Source: Histomonas meleagridis 2922-C6/04-290x (Eukaryota > Protista > Parabasalia). Taken from it: 64,000 nucleotides of DNA. Positions 55,161 to 64,000 of this stretch are shown here, piece after piece. The translations under genes were made by a program, and so were the position numbers. Location of the stretch: assembly GCA_020184695.1 (NCBI GenBank), contig JAANOX010000081.1, positions 186,001-250,000 on the forward strand. The letters are read 5' to 3'. A model generated the notes under the pieces. That model was given only the letters and a program-made list of their open reading frames with translations, was not told where the DNA came from and did not search any database. How positions within the stretch are numbered: position 1 is the stretch's first letter; each line of letters opens with the position of its first letter.

Positions 55161-55709
55161 TTATTTGAACTTCTTGTTGATTTGTTCGCCGAGCCAATCT
55201 AAACCTTCATAAAGTCCATCGCCGGTTGTTGCACATGTGCCTTGAACTTGCCATGGACGGTTTGTGATTGTGTTAAGTCTCAGGCGGTTACCCAATTCCT
55301 GTGGCTTGATAGCGTTTGGAAGATCTTGCTTGTTTGCATAAACTAAAAGAATTGAGTCACGTAATTCATCTTCTTCAAGCAACTTGTGAAGTTCATCACG
55401 GGCTTCATCAATACGACCAATATCGTTTGAATCGACAACGAAAATGAGTCCTTGTGTGTTGTGGAAATAGTGGCGCCATAAAGCACGTATACGATCTTGA
55501 CCTCCAACATCCCAAACGTTCATGTTAAATCCCTTATATTCGATAGTTTCGACGTTGAAACCGATTGTTGGAATTGTTGTAACATGTTCACCAAGTTTGA
55601 GCTTGTAAAGAACGGTTGTCTTACCAGCTGCATCAAGACCAAGCATAAGGCAACGAGTTTCACGGTTTCCGAACCATTTCTTGAAGAGATCGCTGAAGAA
55701 GAGGCCCAT
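55161..55709 (-). CDS. ARF1: ADP-ribosylation factor (ARF1-like)
   Basis: MG myristoylation start, [38 protein letters not shown]. Confidence 0.95.
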   Translation of the reverse strand: MGLFFSDLFKKWFGNRETRCLMLGLDAAGKTTVLYKLKLGEHVTTIPTIGFNVETIEYKGFNMNVWDVGGQDRIRALWRHYFHNTQGLIFVVDSNDIGRIDEARDELHKLLEEDELRDSILLVYANKQDLPNAIKPQELGNRLRLNTITNRPWQVQGTCATTGDGLYEGLDWLGEQINKKFK

Positions 55710-55985
55710 TACAAATGTGAACCAAAAAGCGGTTTCTGTCAATATTGAATGAAAGAGCTGATGGCCAACGATGGGACCCAAAAAGAAGAAGTTTTCTGGC
55801 TCGTTTTATGTCACTTAAAAAACAAATTTCGACCTGAAAATCATCTTGATTTAAGTTGAGGGATAAATGTGTTTTACAATAAAGACATTCAATTAATTAT
55901 TAAGTCGAAAGACGCCTTAATTTCATTACTGTATTTTATTCATCATTCAAGCAGACATTGTCAATTGGAAGTATAAAAAAGTGCT

Positions 55986-56984
55986 ATGCGCGGGGTTGAA
56001 ATACCTGAAAAACTCAAACCTTATGTTGAAACAAATGATATGCTAGATAATACATATGATATCAATGAAATAAAAAGTATATTTCAAAGGCTTGCTAATC
56101 TAGAAGATAAAAGTTATATTAATATTGCATATAGACATCTCTTAACACTTGCAAAAAGAAGGATTGCAAATCAAAAGTTTTATGTTAACTTATATAAAGA
56201 ATTAGTTTCAACATTAGGAAATCGCCTCAATAAAAATTTGGAAGATGGATTTTTTGAAAGGAAAATCAAAATGTATGAAGTCAGTGACAAACTGAGAGAA
56301 GCTCTAGTTCATGACGACGTTAAAAGCTTTGAGATATATTCACAAAACATTAGTTTCAAAAGATTAATTTTAATTGCAGCTCGTTTTGGAGCCTTTCGAA
56401 TCTTCAAATCATTAGAACACGTATACCATAATAGTGATGATTATAATAAAGCCAAAATTGAACGCAATATTGTTTCTAGTGGATCAATTGAAATTGCATC
56501 ACATTATAATATAACCGCAAAAGGGAATACACTTCTGGACGTCGCACTAAAATTTAATCAAACGCAAATGTTTGAGTACTTACGTAATCATCACATTGGT
56601 GAGTTTCAATATTCCATTAAAGGTCCGATCGCGAATGATGACTTACGTACTTTGATTAAAGTTTCACAAAATCCTCCAGAACTACGATATCCACCACAAG
56701 GATACATTTATTCAGCAAGGAAGGGATCAATGATATGCTTAATGTATTATATTGAGTATTTAGATGTAAGTGTCGATAGCGCTGAATGGTATTCGACTGC
56801 AAATCGGTCATTGATAACATTCGCTGTTGGAAAGGATTTGTTGATGCTAAAATACCTTTTGTATAAAGGAGCAAGTATATATACAAAGTCAGGATGCATT
56901 GGTCCGACAACAGCATTGCAAACGGGACTTAGTTCCAGTGATGATGAAATTGTTCAGTTCTTGAAAAGCAGGTTTTCACAATAA
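55986..56984 (+). CDS. divergent ankyrin/DUF3447-like protein without spacers
   Basis: LIAARFGAFRIFKSL, LLDVALKFNQTQMFEYL, LLYKGASIY..TTAL; uninterrupted ORF. Confidence 0.6.
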   Translation: MRGVEIPEKLKPYVETNDMLDNTYDINEIKSIFQRLANLEDKSYINIAYRHLLTLAKRRIANQKFYVNLYKELVSTLGNRLNKNLEDGFFERKIKMYEVSDKLREALVHDDVKSFEIYSQNISFKRLILIAARFGAFRIFKSLEHVYHNSDDYNKAKIERNIVSSGSIEIASHYNITAKGNTLLDVALKFNQTQMFEYLRNHHIGEFQYSIKGPIANDDLRTLIKVSQNPPELRYPPQGYIYSARKGSMICLMYYIEYLDVSVDSAEWYSTANRSLITFAVGKDLLMLKYLLYKGASIYTKSGCIGPTTALQTGLSSSDDEIVQFLKSRFSQ

Positions 56985-57719
56985 CAGTAAAAATTTCATC
57001 GTTTTTATTTTGATGTGATTAAAAATTAAATTATAATTTTAAGATTCATTTTAGTATTTAGGTTTGACACATATGAAATTGGTTTAAATTTCAATAATTA
57101 AGTAACTTAATATATTCTTATTGTTCTCTTCTCATAATATGAAGCTTTAATAGACATGATTTTAAAATGTTTTACTAATCGATTTTTTCTTTATAATTAA
57201 ACAAGATGAATAAAGAATTGTTAAAGAATGAAAATTAAATTTAATATATAAGTTTATGTGTTTTATAAATTTTTTTGATGTAAATCGCATTGAAGTACAA
57301 ATTTAATATGAATTAATAGAATTTATTCTGATATATTCGTAAATAATAATTATTATAAATTCTTATAATAATTTTTATTTATTTATATATTATATATAGA
57401 TATTCATAAAAGAGTAATTCCATATTTTAACATTCATTATTCTGTAAATAAAAATTCAATATCACAATATGTTGTACTTTTGATCACTTGATAAAAAAAA
57501 TTATATAAAAAATGCAAGAAGAGGAAATAAAGAAAAGAGAAAAGAAAAGAGAAAAAAAGAAAACTTAAGCATATTTAAATATCTCGGGCAAACCTAAAGA
57601 ATTGTATTTCGTACTCATAAAAAATGCAAAAATTTTCATTAAATGAATATAAGCAAATTTCGTTGTTTTTTATTTTGATTAATAATATTTAAATTTAAAT
57701 AACATAACAATTTATTCAG

Positions 57720-58660
57720 AACAAGTCTTTCCCATTTATCATCATCCTCAAAGATTAATGCTATATACGTTAAGTCTATACCATCGATCTTGTATCATAT
57801 TCCGTTGGAACATGTTTCGTGATAGTTTTCATCAAATGTTTTCTTTTATATTTTTCATCATCATCGCGTTTCAGATGCTTAACATCATTTTCAAAATTTG
57901 TATAATTTTAGTTTTCTGTTTATTCATTAATTTGAATTTTATGGCATAAATTAAAAGCATTTGCACTAACTTCCTTTATGTGAATAGGATTTGTAATATT
58001 TACTAATGAAGTACAATAATTAAATGCATTGCTCCCTATTTGAGTTACACTTTCGAAAAAACAATTGCATTTATTTTGATACATGAAGTCAAAAAATAAG
58101 CTGTTAATAATTTTATGTTATTCCCGATTATAATTGACATGAAGAAAATGCATGTTCACCTATTGTTGTAACTGCTTCAGGAATTTTATATGTTTCATTC
58201 GTTTTTCCAATAGGATAAAGAATTATTTCACTGATGTTTTTATTGGAAAGAACGACATCATTTTCATAATTTGAAAAATTTAAATTTTCTAGTGATAAAT
58301 TAAAAGTTTGAAATTTAGGACATCAATTAAAAGCATTGATTTCAATTGTATCAATATTACTTGGAATTGTGATATTTATTAATGATTCACAAAAGTTCCA
58401 ATTTTTTAACATTTCCTCCAATAATAATTGTTTCTAATTTACTATATGAATAAAATGCACTGCTTCCAATTGATATTACACTTTCTTCAAAATTGATTTT
58501 ACATAAACTACACAATATTTTCTGATTATCGAAATATTGAATGATTTTTAATCATACACATTCAATAATTTACCTGGAAAAATAACAATATCTCGAAATT
58601 CCATCAATAAAATTATCTCTCATTAATATGTTTAAATATACTATTCATATATATAATAAT
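57720..58660 (-). pseudogene. decayed BspA-like LRR gene
   Basis: Fragments EESVISIGSSAFY, IIIGGNVKK, CESLINITIPSNIDTIEINAF, separated by stops and frameshifts. Confidence 0.65.
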
Positions 58661-58766
58661 GTTAAAATCATTATATCGTGATGGGAGTTGTATTTACAAA
58701 GGTGCCAGTTTTATATATATGTGATGATAAAAACGTTTATCTTTGTACGTTAATTAAAAGAGATTC

Positions 58767-60308
58767 ATGAGACAAAACACAGAAACACAAGGCGATTTTG
58801 AAAAAGAAATTCAAATTTTAAAAGAAAAGGGGAAGGATCTCAAAGGTGAACAGAAAGAATCTTACAAATCAATAATTCAAAAAATTGAAACAAATGATAA
58901 ATTTTTATCTGAACTTAAGGATGAACACAAATTACTTAGAAAAAGGCTTCTTGCTTTTACAAAGAAGCCAAAAAATTATAGAGAACCAAATTTACAATTG
59001 GATTTAAAACGTTTAAATCATGAAAACACTTTATTAAAGAATCAAATTGATTTGTGTAAACATAAAAAAGATCAATCTATAAAACGTCAACAAGAACTTT
59101 CTGTTATTCTTCAACATTATCAAAATTCTCTGGGAGGTGATAACCCTGAAGAAGAAAAAATCCATCAAATCAAAAACAAGATTGAGAAAGCTAATATTAA
59201 GATCAATGAAACAAAACACCTAATGAAAGCATATGGAATAATTATCAATCAATTCTACAAACAACAGTTGATTTGGAACCCTATTCTTCAAGAAACCCAA
59301 AGACAAATTGAAAAAAAGCAGAGAGATATTTCCGAACTTGCCTTAGTTGCACGAGATTCAAAATTTAGTCTTTCGTCTTTTCAAAATAAGTTCAATGAAA
59401 CCGAAGCAAAGATCAATCAAAGCAAAATGAAACGTGACAGGCAACTTGAAGCCAAACAAAGTCAACTTAGTCGAATCACTAAAGATGGATTTTATGAAGA
59501 TGACATTTCCAGACGCCAAAGTAAACCACTTACATCATTATATTCACAATCATCACAACTACGAAGTCGAATGAATAAGCAACTTCGTGAAAAAAGAGAA
59601 GAAAAGCTATTACAACTTACGAATGTAAACAATCGAATACGAGAAGTGTTTGGCACAAATGATCCTAAAAAGATTAAAAAATATTTTGATGATAAAAAAG
59701 AAGCAAATGAAAAATTGGAAAAACAAATTGAAGATATTAAGAAATCAACGAAATCACTTCAAAGGCAAGTTGATAACTTAAAGCTTTCTATTGAAGAAAG
59801 TGAATATGTTGAAACGAAAGGAATCGGAGCAAATCGAATGTTATCCGAAGGATATAAACTTCGGCAAAATGCGCGTGAGAAACTTGTAAAAAAGGAACGA
59901 AAAAGAGATGTTATCGAAGAGCAAGAAAGCATTATACGTAAAGCAATGAATCATTATGCGGAAACATTAAAATTAATTATACCTGATAATGATTTTGTGT
60001 TGCCTACGAACTTGGAAGAACTTTCTGTTTGGTGCTTAGATAAAATTAAACTTGCCGAAAGTTTAATTGAAGATGAAGATGCTGATTATCTTTCCACAAT
60101 TAATAGACAAGCTTTCATGGATCTATCGAAGAATTATGAAGTGGATAACTTAAACACAACAATGGCAAAGAAGTCATTAAAGCGTACTTTGGATACAATT
60201 AAAAAGCCGAAAGGATCAAAACAAGAAATATCTCCTCGAGTAATGAATAGGCAAATGATAAAACAAATTTCGCAAAAGATTTCGAATCAAGAGCGAAAAA
60301 AATATTAA
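58767..60308 (+). CDS. long coiled-coil protein (weak resemblance to outer-dynein-arm docking subunits)
   Basis: 513-aa K/E/Q-rich heptad ORF; family assignment is tentative. Confidence 0.55.
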   Translation: MRQNTETQGDFEKEIQILKEKGKDLKGEQKESYKSIIQKIETNDKFLSELKDEHKLLRKRLLAFTKKPKNYREPNLQLDLKRLNHENTLLKNQIDLCKHKKDQSIKRQQELSVILQHYQNSLGGDNPEEEKIHQIKNKIEKANIKINETKHLMKAYGIIINQFYKQQLIWNPILQETQRQIEKKQRDISELALVARDSKFSLSSFQNKFNETEAKINQSKMKRDRQLEAKQSQLSRITKDGFYEDDISRRQSKPLTSLYSQSSQLRSRMNKQLREKREEKLLQLTNVNNRIREVFGTNDPKKIKKYFDDKKEANEKLEKQIEDIKKSTKSLQRQVDNLKLSIEESEYVETKGIGANRMLSEGYKLRQNAREKLVKKERKRDVIEEQESIIRKAMNHYAETLKLIIPDNDFVLPTNLEELSVWCLDKIKLAESLIEDEDADYLSTINRQAFMDLSKNYEVDNLNTTMAKKSLKRTLDTIKKPKGSKQEISPRVMNRQMIKQISQKISNQERKKY

Positions 60309-60374
60309 AAAAAATTATAATAAACTTGTTCATGATAGAAAATAATCTTTATTTCATGGATATGTATTATATAA

Positions 60375-60911
60375 TTAGAAATTAAGATCAATAGTGGTTT
60401 GAATATTTGGTGATAATGAATCTTCGAAAAGTCCTGTTTCAAAAATGTCATTTGATATAAAATGAACATTTTCGTTGGTTTGAGTATCAAGCGATGTTGA
60501 AGGTATTGGTAATAAGATAGGACTTTCTGGTGGATTTTTGGATATATTTGCTGAAATTATGGCTTGCCGATTTTTTTGTCTCTGAAGCACAAGCCATCTA
60601 TTTTTAATACTTACGTCTGTTCTGTTTTGGAAGAACTTAGAAATTTTCACCCATTTTTGTCCATATTGTTGAACCAATAACTCCAGAATTTTATCTTCTT
60701 CTGGTGTAAATGGTTCATATCTATTCAAGGGCGAAAGGTATTTTGTCCATCTTTCTCTACATTGTCTAGGATTTCGATCTTTCATCAATGAAGAAATAAA
60801 ATTCCAGTTCTTGTCACCAAATTGCATAACAAGTATTCTTAGCTTGATATCTTCTTCTAAGCTAAATTTAACCTTGGGATGAGACTTTCCTTTTTGGGTT
60901 GTCGTTTTCAT
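60375..60911 (-). CDS. R2R3 Myb-like DNA-binding protein (trichomonad type)
   Basis: KFSLEEDIKL..FGDKNW..RNPRQCRERWTKYLSP / FTPEEDKIL..YGQKWVKIS..RTDVSIKNRW. Confidence 0.92.
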   Translation of the reverse strand: MKTTTQKGKSHPKVKFSLEEDIKLRILVMQFGDKNWNFISSLMKDRNPRQCRERWTKYLSPLNRYEPFTPEEDKILELLVQQYGQKWVKISKFFQNRTDVSIKNRWLVLQRQKNRQAIISANISKNPPESPILLPIPSTSLDTQTNENVHFISNDIFETGLFEDSLSPNIQTTIDLNF

Positions 60912-61681
60912 TCTGAAATGCTGGGCCCAGCAGTTTACTTTGCTGTTAAAAGTTGAGACTTTTCTTTGAAAAATCAAGAAGTCAAGAAAAATTGTGCATG
61001 TTGTCAATTACTGAATGAATTCAATTTCAAAAACGCGTTTTGCTCCAACGAACAACTTTCAAATCAGTTTTGTGAGAATTTGAAAGAAGTAAAGATTTTC
61101 AAAAAGAATATTCTTGTGAAGCATTTTACGTGCAAACATAAAAAATTCCATTTTATCATGTAATATCAAAAATACAGTATTAATTATATTAAAATAATAA
61201 ATAATTAATCTTATAAATATTGGAACTTGCTATTTATAATATGGTTTATTGAAAATAATGAGATAATTTGATTTTTTCGATGATTTTATGGCAATAGAAT
61301 CGTTTGTCAAAACAACCAAACCCTCCTTTTTTCTCTAAAAATTCATCCAACTGATTGAAAAATTTGTTCTCCTTGTTTCCTTTATTTCACACCAAATTTT
61401 AATGACTATTCATAGAAGCTAAACCATGATTCAAGCTTGATTGAGCAATATACTCGAATAATATTTTCAAATATATTTATACTTGTTGACTCAATCTTAA
61501 GAATTCTATATATAAAATACTGTTTTTTACACACAACTTGTTTCTAATCGCATTAATTTATCACTTTTCAAATAATATATTATCATTAATTAAATTCAAA
61601 ACAACAAATTAACCATTTAACTTCCTTTGTTCCTTTACAAAAACCATTTTTTTTAATAAAATAAATCAATTATTTGTATTA

Positions 61682-63940
61682 TTAATTTAATAGAGAATAT
61701 AATTTGTTTAATTTTGCAGGATATCTTCTGTATTCATTTTTCAGCAATTCTTCTACATTTTCTACAGCGTGAGCGCAAAATCTGAAACATTCAACCATCT
61801 TCATCATTAATTCCTGATCAAATTCATAGCTTTCCAATTCCTTTTCATTCTTTAGTAAAAAATGAGCCAACAAAAATGCGGTTTCAGTGTATAGATCATT
61901 TGCTTCACCAAATTTTTCTACAATCTTCACAACATTTTTCAATAAACCATTGAAATCCTCTTTATCGTATTTTTCCTTAACCAAAGTGATCGCAATGCAA
62001 TGCCATAAATTTGGATCAATTTTGATAAGTTCTTCTTCATTCGAGAACAGGTCCAAATAAATTGTCACCAGGAACTCAAAGAACTCTCTTTGGTCATCAT
62101 TTTCAACTAAATCGTCCCAAATACTATTTAATATCTCCATTAGTTGATCTATGTTACAATAAGAAGGGTAGAATTGCCTAAGTGTTACAAGGCAACACAA
62201 AATCTCTCCAGACATTTGTTTTGGGAGATGTTCCAACAAAATATTCCAAAGCTGTATCACCAAAATTTCGGGAAGTTCTGTACAACAAACAGCAGAAATT
62301 AATGTTACAACAATTTTTTCGAACATTACATTGGATACTATTGGTAACCAATCGATCATTTCATGAATTATATTTAATGAATTTTGTGGGAACTTATTTA
62401 TATACTTTGTCAAAAAATTATAAAACTTAAAGTTCTCTGACTCATATTCAGTTGCATAGTTATGATCCAGTAATAAAATCCTTCCTTGAATTGTCGAATA
62501 TAATAAATCGTTAACATATGGCAATGTTAAATCTGGTATTTTCTCCATGAGTTTAATGCATAACAAATATGATTGGTTTACAAACAAATGATTTTTCGTC
62601 GCTTTTGCTGTTTCGATAATTTTTGCCAAAATTTCCAAAATTACATTTTGGTCATATTGTTGAAACACATTCTTAAACAAGCGAACGGAATATGTTTGAT
62701 ACAATGGATCATTTGTCAATAAAAATGTTTTAATAATATCCACTGGAAATATCAATGTTTTATTATTCTTTAAAAAGCGCTCATTTGATGAAATTGCTGA
62801 AAAATATGAAATAATTCTTCGTGTTGAGTCATTCGTAGGTATTTTACCAGCTGCAATATCAAACAATCGCACTAATAATTCATCTGGTATTAAGTTATCG
62901 GCTTCAAGATTTAATAAAATGTTTGTTGATATTTCATAAGTTTCGACGAATTCACTGAAGATCAAACTTTTACATAGGTTTACGAAAAACTCCTTTGTTT
63001 CGTTAAAAATTTCTTTATTTGCTTTACGTAATTCATTAGCTAAATATAATACATGAGGAACATATGGAGGAGGTAATTGACTATCCGATAGAAGGTTATT
63101 AACAAATGTGAATAATGTTGAGAAATCAAATGATTCATCTTCTTGAACAATTGTTATTAATACTTTAAAATAATCTTTTAATGATTCAGGCGGAATGTTT
63201 TTATAAATACTTAAATAATCATTTAAGAAAACAGATGATTTTGTTGTTTTTTCTTTCATTAAGGAAACAAATGCTTTAGTAGCAAAATGTATCATTAAGA
63301 AATCATTTGTTAAAATACATTTTATTAAAATTGGGATTATTGATAAATTTAAATTTTTGGAAAAACTTAAATATAATCGAGAAATCTTTGAGATAGCGAA
63401 GCATAACATTGACTTGTTGGAGTTGATATTTGCAAATGAATATTCAATCGACCTAACTAAAATAGATGCGCAATCTTTGATGTAATCACTTAGTTGATCA
63501 TAATAAAATGAAAATAAATATATGTATGTGGAATCATTGTTCTTTTGAACACATTCATGAAAGCGATCAACTAAAAATTGAATTTTCTCTTCTTGTAGTG
63601 GAACATCAAGTGAATCAGTAATCGATTCATTAAATGCTTTGATTACAGATTTTTCTTCAGAAAGAAAATGCTCAACTGACATAAAAACATCTGTAAACAT
63701 ATTAAAACTCAAAAATGGCATTAAGCGAATAAGACCAAAGATATCTAAAGAACAATCTTGGAGATTAATTTGATCAAAAAAATCAGGATATACATTACAA
63801 AAGTCAAAGAGTGGTGACGTAAGAGAAAAATAATCTTCTTTTTGTGAAATAACTGTGAAAACAAAGTTAATAATTGATGGAGAAAGATTTTCAAATGATT
63901 CAAAGGCAGAAAATGGCAGTTGCATTCTTGTAATAATCAT
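61682..63940 (-). CDS. HEAT-repeat hypothetical protein
   Basis: 752-aa helical ORF with no recognisable catalytic motif. Confidence 0.6.
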   Translation of the reverse strand: MIITRMQLPFSAFESFENLSPSIINFVFTVISQKEDYFSLTSPLFDFCNVYPDFFDQINLQDCSLDIFGLIRLMPFLSFNMFTDVFMSVEHFLSEEKSVIKAFNESITDSLDVPLQEEKIQFLVDRFHECVQKNNDSTYIYLFSFYYDQLSDYIKDCASILVRSIEYSFANINSNKSMLCFAISKISRLYLSFSKNLNLSIIPILIKCILTNDFLMIHFATKAFVSLMKEKTTKSSVFLNDYLSIYKNIPPESLKDYFKVLITIVQEDESFDFSTLFTFVNNLLSDSQLPPPYVPHVLYLANELRKANKEIFNETKEFFVNLCKSLIFSEFVETYEISTNILLNLEADNLIPDELLVRLFDIAAGKIPTNDSTRRIISYFSAISSNERFLKNNKTLIFPVDIIKTFLLTNDPLYQTYSVRLFKNVFQQYDQNVILEILAKIIETAKATKNHLFVNQSYLLCIKLMEKIPDLTLPYVNDLLYSTIQGRILLLDHNYATEYESENFKFYNFLTKYINKFPQNSLNIIHEMIDWLPIVSNVMFEKIVVTLISAVCCTELPEILVIQLWNILLEHLPKQMSGEILCCLVTLRQFYPSYCNIDQLMEILNSIWDDLVENDDQREFFEFLVTIYLDLFSNEEELIKIDPNLWHCIAITLVKEKYDKEDFNGLLKNVVKIVEKFGEANDLYTETAFLLAHFLLKNEKELESYEFDQELMMKMVECFRFCAHAVENVEELLKNEYRRYPAKLNKLYSLLN

Positions 63941-64000
63941 AATTAAAGTAATACAATGTGTTGTTTGTGGGTAGCTTTGGAATGTTGAAGCAATTATTGG

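Noticed and set aside
1-64000. tRNA, rRNA, snRNA genes and telomeric repeats
   Set aside because: None recognised by eye; tRNAscan-SE and Infernal would be needed to exclude them.

Overview
AT-rich, gene-dense eukaryotic DNA using the standard code. No canonical GT-AG intron was found. The gene set (BspA-like LRR genes, DUF3447-type ankyrin genes, a Trichomonas-type R2R3 Myb) points to a parabasalid such as a Tritrichomonas-like protist; this is an inference. Housekeeping genes include a GH77 4-alpha-glucanotransferase, Dcp1, a TBC Rab-GAP, importin-beta-like, MLH1, RPL4, a DPD-like flavo-FeS protein, DnaJ-B, a DUS, Atg4, a fucosyltransferase-like protein, an L-type lectin, a CAMK-like kinase, a class-M-like sirtuin, ARF1 and Myb. 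Main discovery: six DUF3447-ankyrin genes (A 12382-9953 minus, B 13730-15541, C 29092-31425, D 33070-35913, E 36233-38812, F 54524-52669 minus) look shattered in the ORF track, but they follow a strict code. Each ankyrin repeat is a 93-nt stop-free block followed by a 77-nt linker built as [17-nt spacer]-codon-[17]-codon-[17]-codon-[17]. Removing the 17-nt U-rich spacers, which lack GT-AG ends, leaves three single codons. These restore the canonical ankyrin beta-hairpin D/N-x-x-G-x-T (e.g. AKD-K-D-G-NTAL, AKD-K-Y-G-RTAL) and give one continuous ORF per gene. I counted 39 linkers, 155 spacers and 117 isolated codons by hand: none of the codons is a stop, and the last one is Gly in 32 of 39 linkers. 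One spacer must be read as 18 nt. This suggests an undescribed expression system: non-canonical 17-nt introns with 3-nt micro-exons, RNA/DNA deletion, or ribosomal skipping. The mechanism cannot be determined from DNA alone.
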